DNA of 40,883 nucleotides from a virus, in the IMG/VR virus record IMGVR_UViG_3300031414_000050, positions 1-40,883 of that record. The stretch is one strand, 5' to 3'. The position numbers were made by a program, and so were the translations under genes. The notes below the pieces were generated by a model. It did no database searches, had not been told where the DNA came from, and saw only the letters and a program-made list of their open reading frames with translations. Shown in pieces: positions 23,971-32,936 of the stretch; the first letter of the stretch is position 1; every line of letters starts with the position of its first letter.

Positions 23971-24494
23971 GCATCCTGACCCGCTTCCCGCCGCGAATCC
24001 GGATCGCCAACCCGGACGGCACGCCAACGCCGGAGTTCCTGCGCATGCTCGACATTCTCGTGTCGCGCGTGGGTGACGCATTCGGCGACATGGGCGCCGA
24101 CGTCTTCGCAAGCGCCGAGATTCCCGCTCCAGCGGGAATGCCGGACGTGTTCCAACAGCAGCCCGCCGAGCATCTGGCCGAAATGGTCCTGCAGCCGGCG
24201 CCCGGTGGCGGCCAGCCTGCCGATATCACGCAGCAGCCGCTGGACTATTCGGCCGGCACGGCGCTGGCCCTGACCAACTATCGCTTCTCGCTGAAGGACA
24301 CACCGGTTACGCCCGGCACCTACGGCGACGGCACCCACGTGGCGAAGTTCACGGTCGACCAGCAAGGCCGCATCACAGCAGCGGAAAACGTCGCGATCGA
24401 ATTCCCCGAATTCCCGTCCGGCGCGAACTACAGCGGCAGCCTGACCGGCAAAACCGTCGTCATCTCCAACGGCATCATTACATCGGTGACATAA
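23967..24494 (+). CDS. Tail needle/fibre-like protein (175 aa)
   Basis: It carries the common phage-fibre motif VTPGTYGDGTHVAKFTVDQQGRITAAENV and occupies the P22 gp26 position. Only the distal part of ORF 22746-24494 is used. Confidence 0.65.
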   Translation: MSILTRFPPRIRIANPDGTPTPEFLRMLDILVSRVGDAFGDMGADVFASAEIPAPAGMPDVFQQQPAEHLAEMVLQPAPGGGQPADITQQPLDYSAGTALALTNYRFSLKDTPVTPGTYGDGTHVAKFTVDQQGRITAAENVAIEFPEFPSGANYSGSLTGKTVVISNGIITSVT

Positions 24495-24824
24495 ATGCAA
24501 CGACTCCCGAAACAAATCGCCTGCGCTGAACTCGGCGCGGGCACGTCGGACCTGTACACGGCACCGACGAACACCAAGACCACCATTTCGGCCTGCTCGG
24601 TCACGAACAAGAGCGGCGCCGCGCGAACCGTGACGGTCACGATAAAGCCGCCGGGCGGTGTGGCACGCAACGTCGCGTTCGGCCTGGGCGTCGCTGCCGG
24701 CGAAACCCGTGTAGTGCACGGCGCCCTGGGCCAGACCATCGAAGCCGGCGGCGTGCTGGCGGCCTTCGGCGACGCGGCCGGTGCCCTCGATCTCGTGGCT
24801 TCCGCGTACGAGACGAATCCATGA
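24495..24824 (+). CDS. Hypothetical tail-module protein (109 aa)
   Basis: It is a clean ORF whose ATG directly follows the upstream TAA. Confidence 0.6.
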   Translation: MQRLPKQIACAELGAGTSDLYTAPTNTKTTISACSVTNKSGAARTVTVTIKPPGGVARNVAFGLGVAAGETRVVHGALGQTIEAGGVLAAFGDAAGALDLVASAYETNP

Positions 24825-25282
24825 TCGCGGTCACCTATAGCGGCATGCTGGCGCCGGCGCAGACGATGCGGCAGAAGGTGGAGCGCCTGCAGGCAGAGCT
24901 GGCCAAGCTGCCGCAATACGAGCCGCCGACGAAGCACTACTTCCATGCTGGCATGTACTGCCGCGAGGTGTGGCGTGAAGCTGGCGTGCTGGTGGTGGGC
25001 AAGGTGCACAAGAAAGAGCACTTTTACCTGATCGTCAGCGGCACCGTGGTGATCACGAGCGACGATGGTGTCGAGCGCGTTACCGGCCCGAAGCTCTTCA
25101 TGTCCAAGCCGGGCACGAAACGCGCGGTTCTGGCCGAAACCGACGCGCTGTGCATGACGTTCCACGTGTTGGACGCTACTACCGTCGAGGATGCCGAAAC
25201 GGAGCTTGTCGAACCTGACGAGCTCTCGATGTACGACGCCCTCAATAGACCCAAAATTCAACCGCAAGAGGTATTGCCATGA
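24821..25282 (+). CDS. Hypothetical cupin-like protein (153 aa)
   Basis: It has a beta-barrel texture (HKKEHFYLIVSGTVVITSDDG) and is coupled at both ends. Confidence 0.65.
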   Translation: MIAVTYSGMLAPAQTMRQKVERLQAELAKLPQYEPPTKHYFHAGMYCREVWREAGVLVVGKVHKKEHFYLIVSGTVVITSDDGVERVTGPKLFMSKPGTKRAVLAETDALCMTFHVLDATTVEDAETELVEPDELSMYDALNRPKIQPQEVLP

Positions 25283-26004
25283 CATGGTTTGCAGCAGGCG
25301 CGGCGGTGCTCGGCGCCGGGATTACCGCGTATTCGGCCAACAAGGCATCGAAAGCGCAGCAGCAGTCCGCCAAGGACGCAAACGCCCTGGCCAAGGACAC
25401 CAGCGACCAACAGCTCGCGCTACAGGAGAAGATGTTCAACAAGAACGTCGAACTCTTGCAGCCGTCTATCGATGCGGGCAACACATCGCGGAATCGCCTG
25501 ATGCAGCTGCTGGGGCTGTCGGCCGGCGGCGAAGGAAACGGCTCGTTGACGCACGACTTCAATGCAGCCGACTTCCAGGCAGACCCCGGCTACCAGTACC
25601 GCCTTGACCAAGGCCAGCAAGCCATGGAACGAAGCGCTGCTGCGCGCGGCGGGCTGTTATCTGGCGCGGCGCTGAAGGACGCTGCTCGCTTTGGTCAGGG
25701 TCAGGGTTCGCAGGAATACCAGGCTGCATTCGACCGTTTCCAAACGAATCGCGCGAACAAGATCAACCCGCTGCTATCTCTGGCTGATAAGTCGCAGGTA
25801 GCTTCGACCGCGCTTGGCGGAGCTGGCCAGAACTATGCGGCCGGTGCAAGCAACAGCCTTGCCCGTTACGCCAATACCGCAACGGAAAACATCACCGGCG
25901 CCGGCAATGCTCGCGCTTCAGGCTATCTGGCCCAGGGCAATATCTTGGCAGGCCTACTCAACAAGGGCGCCAGTATCTACGGTGGAGGAATGTATGGCAG
26001 TTGA
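25279..26004 (+). CDS. Internal virion / ejection-type protein (241 aa)
   Basis: It has an N-terminal TM-like segment, is Gly/Ala/Gln-rich, and occupies the P22 gp7 position. Confidence 0.6.
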   Translation: MTWFAAGAAVLGAGITAYSANKASKAQQQSAKDANALAKDTSDQQLALQEKMFNKNVELLQPSIDAGNTSRNRLMQLLGLSAGGEGNGSLTHDFNAADFQADPGYQYRLDQGQQAMERSAAARGGLLSGAALKDAARFGQGQGSQEYQAAFDRFQTNRANKINPLLSLADKSQVASTALGGAGQNYAAGASNSLARYANTATENITGAGNARASGYLAQGNILAGLLNKGASIYGGGMYGS

Positions 26005-27295
26005 CACTTCGATCTACGGTAACCTGCTCCGCCCGCCGAAGTCGGTCGAGGACTACAACAATGAGGTGATGCAGCAGACGCAAAACCGCCTCGGGCTGCT
26101 GATCCGCCAGAACGAACTAGCCGACTACCAGCGTAACCGCGCCGGCGAAGACGCCCTGGGCGCGGCCATTGCTGCCGGCGGCACTCCTGACCAGATCGCC
26201 GCCGATCTGGCACGCGCTGGCCATACGAAGCAGGCGCTGGCTTATACAAGGCAGCAGCAGGAATTGGCGAACTCCAAGGCGACGCGTGAGCATCTCGACG
26301 CACAAACAGGCAAGCTAAAGGGCGAGACCGACAAGATTGCCTACGATCAGCGAGAAGACCGCCGGATGAAGGCTATCACCGACATCGCTGCCTTTACGTC
26401 TCCCGAGCAGGCTCTGGCGAGCATCGCGCTGCACGAGCAAGCAGGCGACCTTGCTCCAGAAGCCGCCGCCGCTGTACGTGCCACACTCCAAAGTCAACCT
26501 GACTTCAAGAAGTGGAAGCTCGGAATGCTTCAGGGAATCATGTCGGCTAAAGATGCAGTGGATTCGAACGAAACTGCCGCTCACAACCGCGCAACCGAGC
26601 AGACGGCGGCTGGCCAACTGGCCGTATCGCAGGGCCAGCTTGGTGTAGCGCGCGGCCAGCTCGGCGTGGCGCAGGCGCGCGAGAAGCGCGAGGCAACGGC
26701 GCCCAAGGGCCAGTATGACGCTGCCCGCGGCGTTCTCGTCGACCCCCGCACCGGCACTGCCACGGCGGTTACCGGTCCGGATGGAAAGCCGCTGACGCGC
26801 GACAAGGCCATGACCGAGTTCCAGGGCAAGTCGGCCGCGTTCGGCGACCGCGCAGCAGCGGCGAACCAAATCATCACCGGCCTGGAAGGCCAGTACAGCC
26901 CGGCCGCGATCAATTCGAAGAACACGGTCGAGAACACGTGGCTGGTCGGCGGTGCCCTGGGCGCTGCGACCAACAAGTTTGCGCTCAGCGATTCGGACCA
27001 GAAGGCCGAGCAAGCGCAGCGCGACTTCATCAACGCTGTGCTGCGCCAAGAATCCGGTGCGGCCATTGGCGCCGGCGAGTTCGACAACGCTCGCAAGCAG
27101 TACTTTCCGCAGCCTGGCGACAGCGCGGCAGTTCGCCAGCAGAAGGCTGCAAACCGGAAGCTGGCTGTGGAAGGCCTGCAGCGTAACGCCGGCTCGAACT
27201 ATCAGCCGGCCGCAGCTACTGCAGCGCCGAAAGCGGCAGCCGGCGGTGTCCCCGACGACATCGCGGCCCTGCTGAAAAAACACGGAGGTAAGTAA
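25994..27295 (+). CDS. Internal virion / ejection-type protein (433 aa)
   Basis: The ATG at 25994 follows GGAGGA. It is helical and Gln/Ala-rich with a GQLAVSQGQLGVARGQLGVAQ repeat. It occupies the P22 gp20 position. Confidence 0.62.
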   Translation: MAVDTSIYGNLLRPPKSVEDYNNEVMQQTQNRLGLLIRQNELADYQRNRAGEDALGAAIAAGGTPDQIAADLARAGHTKQALAYTRQQQELANSKATREHLDAQTGKLKGETDKIAYDQREDRRMKAITDIAAFTSPEQALASIALHEQAGDLAPEAAAAVRATLQSQPDFKKWKLGMLQGIMSAKDAVDSNETAAHNRATEQTAAGQLAVSQGQLGVARGQLGVAQAREKREATAPKGQYDAARGVLVDPRTGTATAVTGPDGKPLTRDKAMTEFQGKSAAFGDRAAAANQIITGLEGQYSPAAINSKNTVENTWLVGGALGAATNKFALSDSDQKAEQAQRDFINAVLRQESGAAIGAGEFDNARKQYFPQPGDSAAVRQQKAANRKLAVEGLQRNAGSNYQPAAATAAPKAAAGGVPDDIAALLKKHGGK

Positions 27296-29214
27296 TGCCC
27301 ACCCGCGACGAGCTGTACACAGCCCTGCGCAACGCTGACGCAGCCGGCGACGCCGAGGGCGCGCGCAAACTGGCCGCCTACATCCAGGCGCTGCCGGCCG
27401 ACGCCGCCCCAGAGCGGCCCGGCCCGCTGAAGTTCAAGACGGCCGCACCGAACAGCCCGGACAGCATGCTTGGCCGCCTCGGCGCCGGTGCCGCTCTGGG
27501 CGTGGCCGACATCGGGCGCACCGTGCTGAATGCTGCATCGCACCTGCCGCTGCCGGAGGCTGCACAGCAGTTCATCCGTACGAAGAACGCCGACTTCGAC
27601 GCGATCACCGAGGCGAACAAGGATTCAACCGCGTTCAGCCTGGGCCGGGTCGGCGGCAATATCGCGGTAACGCTGCCTGTCGGCGGCGCGCTGGCTCAAG
27701 GCCTGTCGAAGGTTCCCATCGTGGCCAGCCGCGCGGCGCCGCTGGTCAACTCGATCGCGTCGAGCGGATTCGTTACTGGCATGCCGGCGGCGACCACCGT
27801 TGGCGGAAAGCTGGCCCAGATGGGCATCCGCTCGGCCGGCGGTGCGATCACCGGCGGCGCATCTGCTGCGCTGGTCGACCCTGAGCACGTGGCGCGCGGT
27901 GCTGCAATCAGCGCCGCCCTGCCCCCTGGGCTCGCCGGCGCCGGAAAGCTTGCGAGCTATGGCGGCAATGCCCTGATGTCGCTGATCCAGCCGTTCACCG
28001 AGGCCGGCCGCGCTGCGATTGTCGGACGCACGCTGAACAGGTTCGCTGACGACCCCAGCAAGATCGCTGCGGCGTCTGGCGGCCCTTCCGTCACCGGCGC
28101 ACTGCCGACCGTGGCTGAGGCGACGAGCGACGCTGGTATCGCCCGCCTGCAGGATGCGCTGCGCTCGGTCGACCCGCAGATCGAGAACATGATCGGCGGC
28201 CGCCTGGCAGCGAACAATGCCGCGCGCGTCAACACGCTGCAATCTCTGGCCGGCGACAGTGCGTCCCGCGGCGCAGCAGTAGCGGCCCGTGAGGCTGCAA
28301 CGGCACCCCTATACCAGGCAGCAACCTCGCAGCAGGTCGCGATTTCGCCCGAGCTGGCCGCCTTACTCCAGCGGCCGTCTGCCCAAAAGGCGCTTGCTCG
28401 AGCGCAGAACATCGCCGGCGAGCAGGGCCGCACCTTCGACCTGGGCACGGACAACGTGACCGGACAGACGCTACAGGATCTGAAGATGGGCATGGACGCC
28501 CTGCTAAAGGATCCGACAAGCGGTATCGCCGGCGCGGAGGCAAGTGCGGTCAAAGCGACACGCGATGCGATCGTTGCCGAGATGGAGCGGGCAATCCCAG
28601 AATTCCAAGCCGCCCGATCCGGCTACGCTTCGCTGTCCAAGCCGCTCAACGCCATGGATATTGGCGAACACATCGCCCGCAAGGCTACCTCGAACCTGAG
28701 CGACTTGTCCGGCAACCCGCGCATGCAGGCGAACGCCCTGCTCGGCCTTCTGCGCGACGAGCCGCGGCTGATCGAGCAGGCAACGGGTAGAAAGGGCCTG
28801 GGCGGATCACTGGACAACATCCTCGATCCAGACCAGATGGCAAAGCTGCGCGCAGTGGCCGACGAGGCCGACCGAACAGCAGCGGTTGCGGCTGCGGGCA
28901 ACGGCCCAGGTTCAGCCTCTGCACAGCGACTGGCCTCGCAGAACATTCTGCAGTCCCTTCTCGGCCGTTCGCTGGCTGACAGTGCTTTTGCCGGTACCGC
29001 GCTCGGCAAGCCGCTGAACCTGCTGTATGGCGGCGTTGCGGACCCGAAGATCCAGAAGCTGCTGGCCGACGCGGTGCTCGACCCGAATACGGCGGCGCTA
29101 CTGGCACGCCAGCAGGCTACGAGCGGTCGATCCGCCCTGGAACGGTTCCTTGAGAATCCGTTTTTCGCGCAGCCTGTACTTCGCGCAGCTCCCGCAAGTT
29201 CGCACGACCGTTGA
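27295..29214 (+). CDS. Internal virion / ejection-type protein (639 aa)
   Basis: It is large and Ala/Gly-rich, and it occupies the P22 gp16 position. Confidence 0.65.
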   Translation: MPTRDELYTALRNADAAGDAEGARKLAAYIQALPADAAPERPGPLKFKTAAPNSPDSMLGRLGAGAALGVADIGRTVLNAASHLPLPEAAQQFIRTKNADFDAITEANKDSTAFSLGRVGGNIAVTLPVGGALAQGLSKVPIVASRAAPLVNSIASSGFVTGMPAATTVGGKLAQMGIRSAGGAITGGASAALVDPEHVARGAAISAALPPGLAGAGKLASYGGNALMSLIQPFTEAGRAAIVGRTLNRFADDPSKIAAASGGPSVTGALPTVAEATSDAGIARLQDALRSVDPQIENMIGGRLAANNAARVNTLQSLAGDSASRGAAVAAREAATAPLYQAATSQQVAISPELAALLQRPSAQKALARAQNIAGEQGRTFDLGTDNVTGQTLQDLKMGMDALLKDPTSGIAGAEASAVKATRDAIVAEMERAIPEFQAARSGYASLSKPLNAMDIGEHIARKATSNLSDLSGNPRMQANALLGLLRDEPRLIEQATGRKGLGGSLDNILDPDQMAKLRAVADEADRTAAVAAAGNGPGSASAQRLASQNILQSLLGRSLADSAFAGTALGKPLNLLYGGVADPKIQKLLADAVLDPNTAALLARQQATSGRSALERFLENPFFAQPVLRAAPASSHDR

Positions 29215-29296
29215 GCATGCCTTCGATGAACTTCCACACGAAGACGATCACCAGCATGGCGATAGCCTTCCAGAGCAAGTAATCCGTATAGCTCAT
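29117..29296 (-). CDS. Candidate small membrane protein (59 aa) antisense to the late operon
   Basis: The ATG at 29296 follows GGAGA. The TM segment is LLWKAIAMLVIVFVWKFI. The 5' third lies in an AT-richer gap, and the 3' 98 nt overlap the end of 27295-29214. Confidence 0.35.
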   Translation of the reverse strand: MSYTDYLLWKAIAMLVIVFVWKFIEGMLNGRANLRELREVQAARKTDSQGTVPGRIDRS

Positions 29297-29342
29297 GTGT
29301 CTCCGGGCTTCGTGCCTGTTTGTATTGTCGAGAAAGTATTGT

Positions 29343-29372
29343 AGCCCACCCTGACCCGGTGGGCTTTTTTTA
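29343..29372 (+). terminator. Intrinsic terminator between the ejection-protein genes and the tailspike gene
   Basis: AGCCCACC-7 nt-GGTGGGCT is followed by TTTTTTT. Confidence 0.75.
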
Positions 29373-29394
29373 TGCCCACCACAGAAGGCCACCT

Positions 29395-31140
29395 ATGACC
29401 GGTGTCATCGCGACCATCCCCCGAAACCAGTTTTTCGACCAGCTCGGCAAGCCGCTGGCCGGCGGCAAGCTCTACACCTACCTGGCCGGCACCACCACCC
29501 CGGTGACCACCTACCAGGACCAGGCCCTGACGATCAAGAACCAGAACCCGATTCCTCTGGATGCGCTCGGCTCCTGCTCGATCTGGCTGGACCCAGCCAA
29601 AACCTACAAGCTCGTGCTGAAGACGGCGCAGGGCACGACCCTGCCCGGCTGGCCGATCGACAACATCAGCGGCGCGGCGACGCCGGAGTCGCTGGAGCCG
29701 TCTCTGTCGTCGTTCGCCAAGCTGACGGCGCTGGCTGCGGCGGCAGGCTCGTCGCTAGTGAACTTCCTGCAGTCCGGCGCCGGCGCCACCCTGCAGAGCA
29801 TTCAGCGCAAACTGCGCGGCGACCTCAACATCATGGACTTCATCAATGATGGGGTGGATACCACCGTGGCCGACTGCACTGCAGGCATCCGCGCCGCGGT
29901 CAGCCACCTGGCTACCCGGCAGCGCGGCAACCTCTACTGCTCCGGCGGCAAGTTCCTGATCAGCGACACGATCGATTTCTCCCTCCTGGGCGACGAGCAC
30001 CGCTTCTTCGACATCGACCTGGGCGGCGCCGAGTTCATCTGGTCGGACCCGAACGCGGCCAAGCCCATGTTCTCCGGCTATAACAACAAGTCGGTGCGGA
30101 TTCACAACTTCACGCTGATCGGCAACGCGACCGACACGATTTCGAAGGCCTACGGCGTGCGCCTGGACTCGATCCAGCCGGGCGGCTCCGACCTCATGTC
30201 CTTCGACAACTTCCGGGTGCGCTTCTGCGACAAAGGCTTCTACCTGGGCAGCTTCGATGCGGACCAAAACCGGGTTTCCGACATCGAAATTGGTGGCCAG
30301 TTCGTCATCGAGAACTGCAACACCGGCATCTACACAGAGTCGACCAACGTCGATTCGCTGGTGGTCCGTAGCGGCATCGTCTCGGCGTGCACCACCGGCA
30401 TCGAGCTCAAGCGCGCCGGCTTCATCAAGCTGGACACGGTCACCGGCTACTCGTGCAAGGACTTCATCAAGGTGAACGGGCCGATCGGCCCCCTGCTGGT
30501 GGTCAACTGCCAGTCGGAGCAAGGTGACGTCGTTGGCGCGCGCTTCTTCTACCGCGTCCGCTACGACGAGGCACGCACCGGCCCGGTGACGTTCGAGAGC
30601 TGCAACATCGACAACCCGATTGTCTTCGACTACGACCCTGGGATCGGCTCGGATGCGCAGACCGTGAACATCATCGGCGGCTACTTCCGCGAAATGCAGG
30701 TGAAGTGCCCGGACACGGTGGTCAACCTGATAGGCACCGCGCAGACGGCCGGCTACGAGTTCAAGGTTTCGGGCCCGAACTGCCAGGTCAACAACATCGG
30801 CAGCCGCATCTACGGCACCGTCACCGACACGGCGAAGAGCGGCGCCGACCTGACGCAGAAGTATTCGTACATGCCAGGCGGGCGCCTCATGCAGTGGGGC
30901 AGCACCGAGCTTATGCCGGTGGCGGCCGGCGCCGTACGCGAGGAAATCGTCAACTTCCCGAAGCCGTTCACGCAGATCGAATCGATCGTTGCGACGCCGT
31001 ACAGCCCGGACGGCGCCGGCGGCGAGGTCTTCCGCTATGCCTTCGGTGGCGAGCTGGACCACATGACGCTGCGCTTCGAGAACGAAAACACCGGCGCCGG
31101 CATCAACATCGGCGCGAGCTGGCTGGCCATTGGCCGCTAA
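29395..31140 (+). CDS. Tailspike with conserved N-terminal virion-anchor domain and pectate-lyase-like beta-helix (581 aa)
   Basis: The N-terminal motif is QFFDQLGKPLAGGKLYTYLAGTTTPVTTYQD. The beta-helix coils read NFTLIGN..., IENCNTGIY.... The ATG at 29395 follows AGAAGG. Confidence 0.88.
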   Translation: MTGVIATIPRNQFFDQLGKPLAGGKLYTYLAGTTTPVTTYQDQALTIKNQNPIPLDALGSCSIWLDPAKTYKLVLKTAQGTTLPGWPIDNISGAATPESLEPSLSSFAKLTALAAAAGSSLVNFLQSGAGATLQSIQRKLRGDLNIMDFINDGVDTTVADCTAGIRAAVSHLATRQRGNLYCSGGKFLISDTIDFSLLGDEHRFFDIDLGGAEFIWSDPNAAKPMFSGYNNKSVRIHNFTLIGNATDTISKAYGVRLDSIQPGGSDLMSFDNFRVRFCDKGFYLGSFDADQNRVSDIEIGGQFVIENCNTGIYTESTNVDSLVVRSGIVSACTTGIELKRAGFIKLDTVTGYSCKDFIKVNGPIGPLLVVNCQSEQGDVVGARFFYRVRYDEARTGPVTFESCNIDNPIVFDYDPGIGSDAQTVNIIGGYFREMQVKCPDTVVNLIGTAQTAGYEFKVSGPNCQVNNIGSRIYGTVTDTAKSGADLTQKYSYMPGGRLMQWGSTELMPVAAGAVREEIVNFPKPFTQIESIVATPYSPDGAGGEVFRYAFGGELDHMTLRFENENTGAGINIGASWLAIGR

Positions 31141-31167
31141 TCCTTCCCAACCACCAGTAATAACAAC

Positions 31168-31563
31168 ATGAAAGTCCAAAACATGAGCGAACCCATTACT
31201 ACCGGCGCCGGCGGCGTCGTTGCCTGGAAGGCGCTAGGCGGCCTGGCGGGCGCTGCCGGCATCGGCGCCGGCGTCGCGTCGTACATCGTGATGACGATGA
31301 CGAAGCCGAAAGACGACAAAGAATTTCGCGTATCGCTGGCCAGCACGATCGCTGCTTCGCTGGGCGGTGGCGCGGCCGCGATCAAGTACTTCGGCATCGA
31401 GAAATGGGCCGGCGACGTGATCGGCCTGATGGGCATGGGCGGCGTAATGTTCACGTGCGGCCTGCCTGGCTGGCTGCTGGTGCGCGCCCTCTTCCATTAC
31501 ATCGAAAAGCGCAAGGACGCCGACCTGACCGAGATCATCAAGGACGTGAAGGAGATGGTCTGA
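31168..31563 (+). CDS. Holin (three predicted TM segments, charged C-terminus), possible dual start
   Basis: The N-terminus MKVQNM gives two in-frame starts, at 31168 and 31183. It sits directly upstream of the endolysin. Confidence 0.78.
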   Translation: MKVQNMSEPITTGAGGVVAWKALGGLAGAAGIGAGVASYIVMTMTKPKDDKEFRVSLASTIAASLGGGAAAIKYFGIEKWAGDVIGLMGMGGVMFTCGLPGWLLVRALFHYIEKRKDADLTEIIKDVKEMV

Positions 31564-32027
31564 TGCCGCCCTCCGCTTTCATCGGCATGCTCGCTGGCGC
31601 GGCGCAGGAGTGCATGCGCCGAACCGGGATTCCTGCCTCTATCACCCTGGCCCAGGCCGCACTGGAATCCGGCTGGGGCGCCCGCGCGCTCGGCAACAAC
31701 CTGTTCGGCATCAAGGCTGACAAGAGCTGGACCGGCCCGACCGTCAGCTTCGCTACGACCGAGCACCTGGACGGACGCAACGTGCACCTGACGGACAAGT
31801 TCCGGAAGTACGACAGCTACGTCGAGAGCATGGTCGACCACGGCCGATTCCTGCTGGCGAACCCGCGATACCGGGAATGCTTCAAGGAGACGACCGGAAT
31901 GGGCTGGGCGACCGCGCTGCAGAAGGCCGGCTACGCCACCGATCCGGAATACGCCAAGAAGCTACAGGCAACGATCCGCGTGCGCAATCTGCAGTTCTAC
32001 GACCAACTGACGCCGGGGGCGAAATGA
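31563..32027 (+). CDS. Endolysin, GH73/FlgJ-type N-acetylglucosaminidase
   Basis: It contains ITLAQAALESGWG...NNLFGIK...YATDPEYA. The start overlaps the holin stop. Confidence 0.9.
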   Translation: MPPSAFIGMLAGAAQECMRRTGIPASITLAQAALESGWGARALGNNLFGIKADKSWTGPTVSFATTEHLDGRNVHLTDKFRKYDSYVESMVDHGRFLLANPRYRECFKETTGMGWATALQKAGYATDPEYAKKLQATIRVRNLQFYDQLTPGAK

Positions 32028-32530
32028 GTGCGCTCGAGCGACTGCTGGTCGCTACCCTGGTGCTGGCCGCCATGGCCGCCGGCGGCTGGTTCGCCTTGGA
32101 GCACTACGGCGCCGAGCGCTACCAGGCCGGCCATGATGCCGCAGTCGCAGCCGGCGAACTACTGCGCCAGGCCGAGGCCGAGCGCAACCACGAAACCGAG
32201 TCGGACCTGCGCGCCCAGCTGCACGACAAAGACGCCGACGCCTTCAAAAAGGAACAGGAATATGCCGAGAACCTCGACGATGCTCAGCGCCGCGTGCGCG
32301 CTGGCACTGACCGCCTGCGCTGCCCCGCAGCCAGCCCCGTACCTGCCGGCGCCGCGCCCGGTGATCGACCCGCTGCCGGCGGACCTGCAGCTGACGGAGA
32401 AGGACCTGCAATGGTGCCCGACGTTTCTGCGGATCTTCTCAGCCTCGTCGCAGACCATCAACGACTTGTGCAGCGATACGCCCGCGTCGTCGAACGCTTC
32501 GAAGCCTGCCGTGCCGTGAACGCGAAGTGA
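32024..32530 (+). CDS. Rz: i-spanin (Rz-like)
   Basis: It has an N-terminal TM (LLVATLVLAAMAAGGWFAL) and a charged coiled-coil periplasmic domain. It is ATGA-coupled to the endolysin. Confidence 0.8.
   Translation: MSALERLLVATLVLAAMAAGGWFALEHYGAERYQAGHDAAVAAGELLRQAEAERNHETESDLRAQLHDKDADAFKKEQEYAENLDDAQRRVRAGTDRLRCPAASPVPAGAAPGDRPAAGGPAADGEGPAMVPDVSADLLSLVADHQRLVQRYARVVERFEACRAVNAK
32262..32519 (+). CDS. Rz1: o-spanin lipoprotein (Rz1-like), fully embedded in the +1 frame of Rz
   Basis: The lipobox is in MLSAACALALTAC, and the mature part is Pro-rich. AGGAA precedes the ATG at 32262. Confidence 0.75.
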   Translation: MPRTSTMLSAACALALTACAAPQPAPYLPAPRPVIDPLPADLQLTEKDLQWCPTFLRIFSASSQTINDLCSDTPASSNASKPAVP

Positions 32531-32643
32531 TGGACATCCACCTGCTCACCCCGCAGGGCGATCAGCTGGTGGTGCAGGTGGTGGACGGAGAGGTGGTTGT
32601 GCCGCCCGCCGCCGCGCCGGATCAGCCAGAACCCGGCAAGTAA
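32530..32643 (+). CDS. Candidate micro-protein (37 aa) coupled to Rz
   Basis: I translated it by hand as MDIHLLTPQGDQLVVQVVDGEVVVPPAAAPDQPEPGK. About 32 of 37 codons end in G or C, and the ATG shares one base with the Rz stop. Confidence 0.35.
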   Translation: MDIHLLTPQGDQLVVQVVDGEVVVPPAAAPDQPEPGK

Positions 32644-32767
32644 GCGCGAACCCGGCGCCGCGCGCAGTAAGGAAGGCGGCAGCGCGCTGGGCGCCCTTGG
32701 ACTCGGCCAGCAGCAGGGCCAGGTCGACGGCGATGGCGAGGTCGGAATTATTGCGGTCGGTGGTCAT
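32546..32767 (-). CDS. Hypothetical small protein at the attP-proximal end (73 aa from ATG 32767; ORF open to 32845)
   Basis: Third-position GC is high from 32767 down to about 32644. The tail converges on and overlaps the plus-strand micro-ORF. No clear RBS is seen. Confidence 0.45.
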   Translation of the reverse strand: MTTDRNNSDLAIAVDLALLLAESKGAQRAAAFLTARGAGFALTCRVLADPARRRAAQPPLRPPPAPPADRPAG

Positions 32768-32936
32768 GCCGACATGGTGACGCATGTCCGCAAGTAGACT
32801 GACGAGATAGCGCAAAAGGCTTTCCGCAAAACGCCCCGAGGTCATCCATTTTCATAGGGCGGTCGTGGCGGCTTAAATGCCTCTTTTGCGGAACGAATTT
32901 TGAGGTCAAGCCGTTGATTTTTAACGACTTGCTTTT

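Noticed and set aside
23967-31140. Diversity-generating retroelement (a BPP-1-like tropism cassette) near the tail-fibre genes
   Set aside because: Related Bordetella podoviruses carry one, so I looked for it. No reverse-transcriptase-like ORF exists anywhere in the window, and I saw no template/variable repeat pair.
29755-31179. 474-aa minus-strand ORF opposite the tailspike
   Set aside because: It is a shadow ORF. The plus frame carries the recognisable tailspike anchor and beta-helix motifs.
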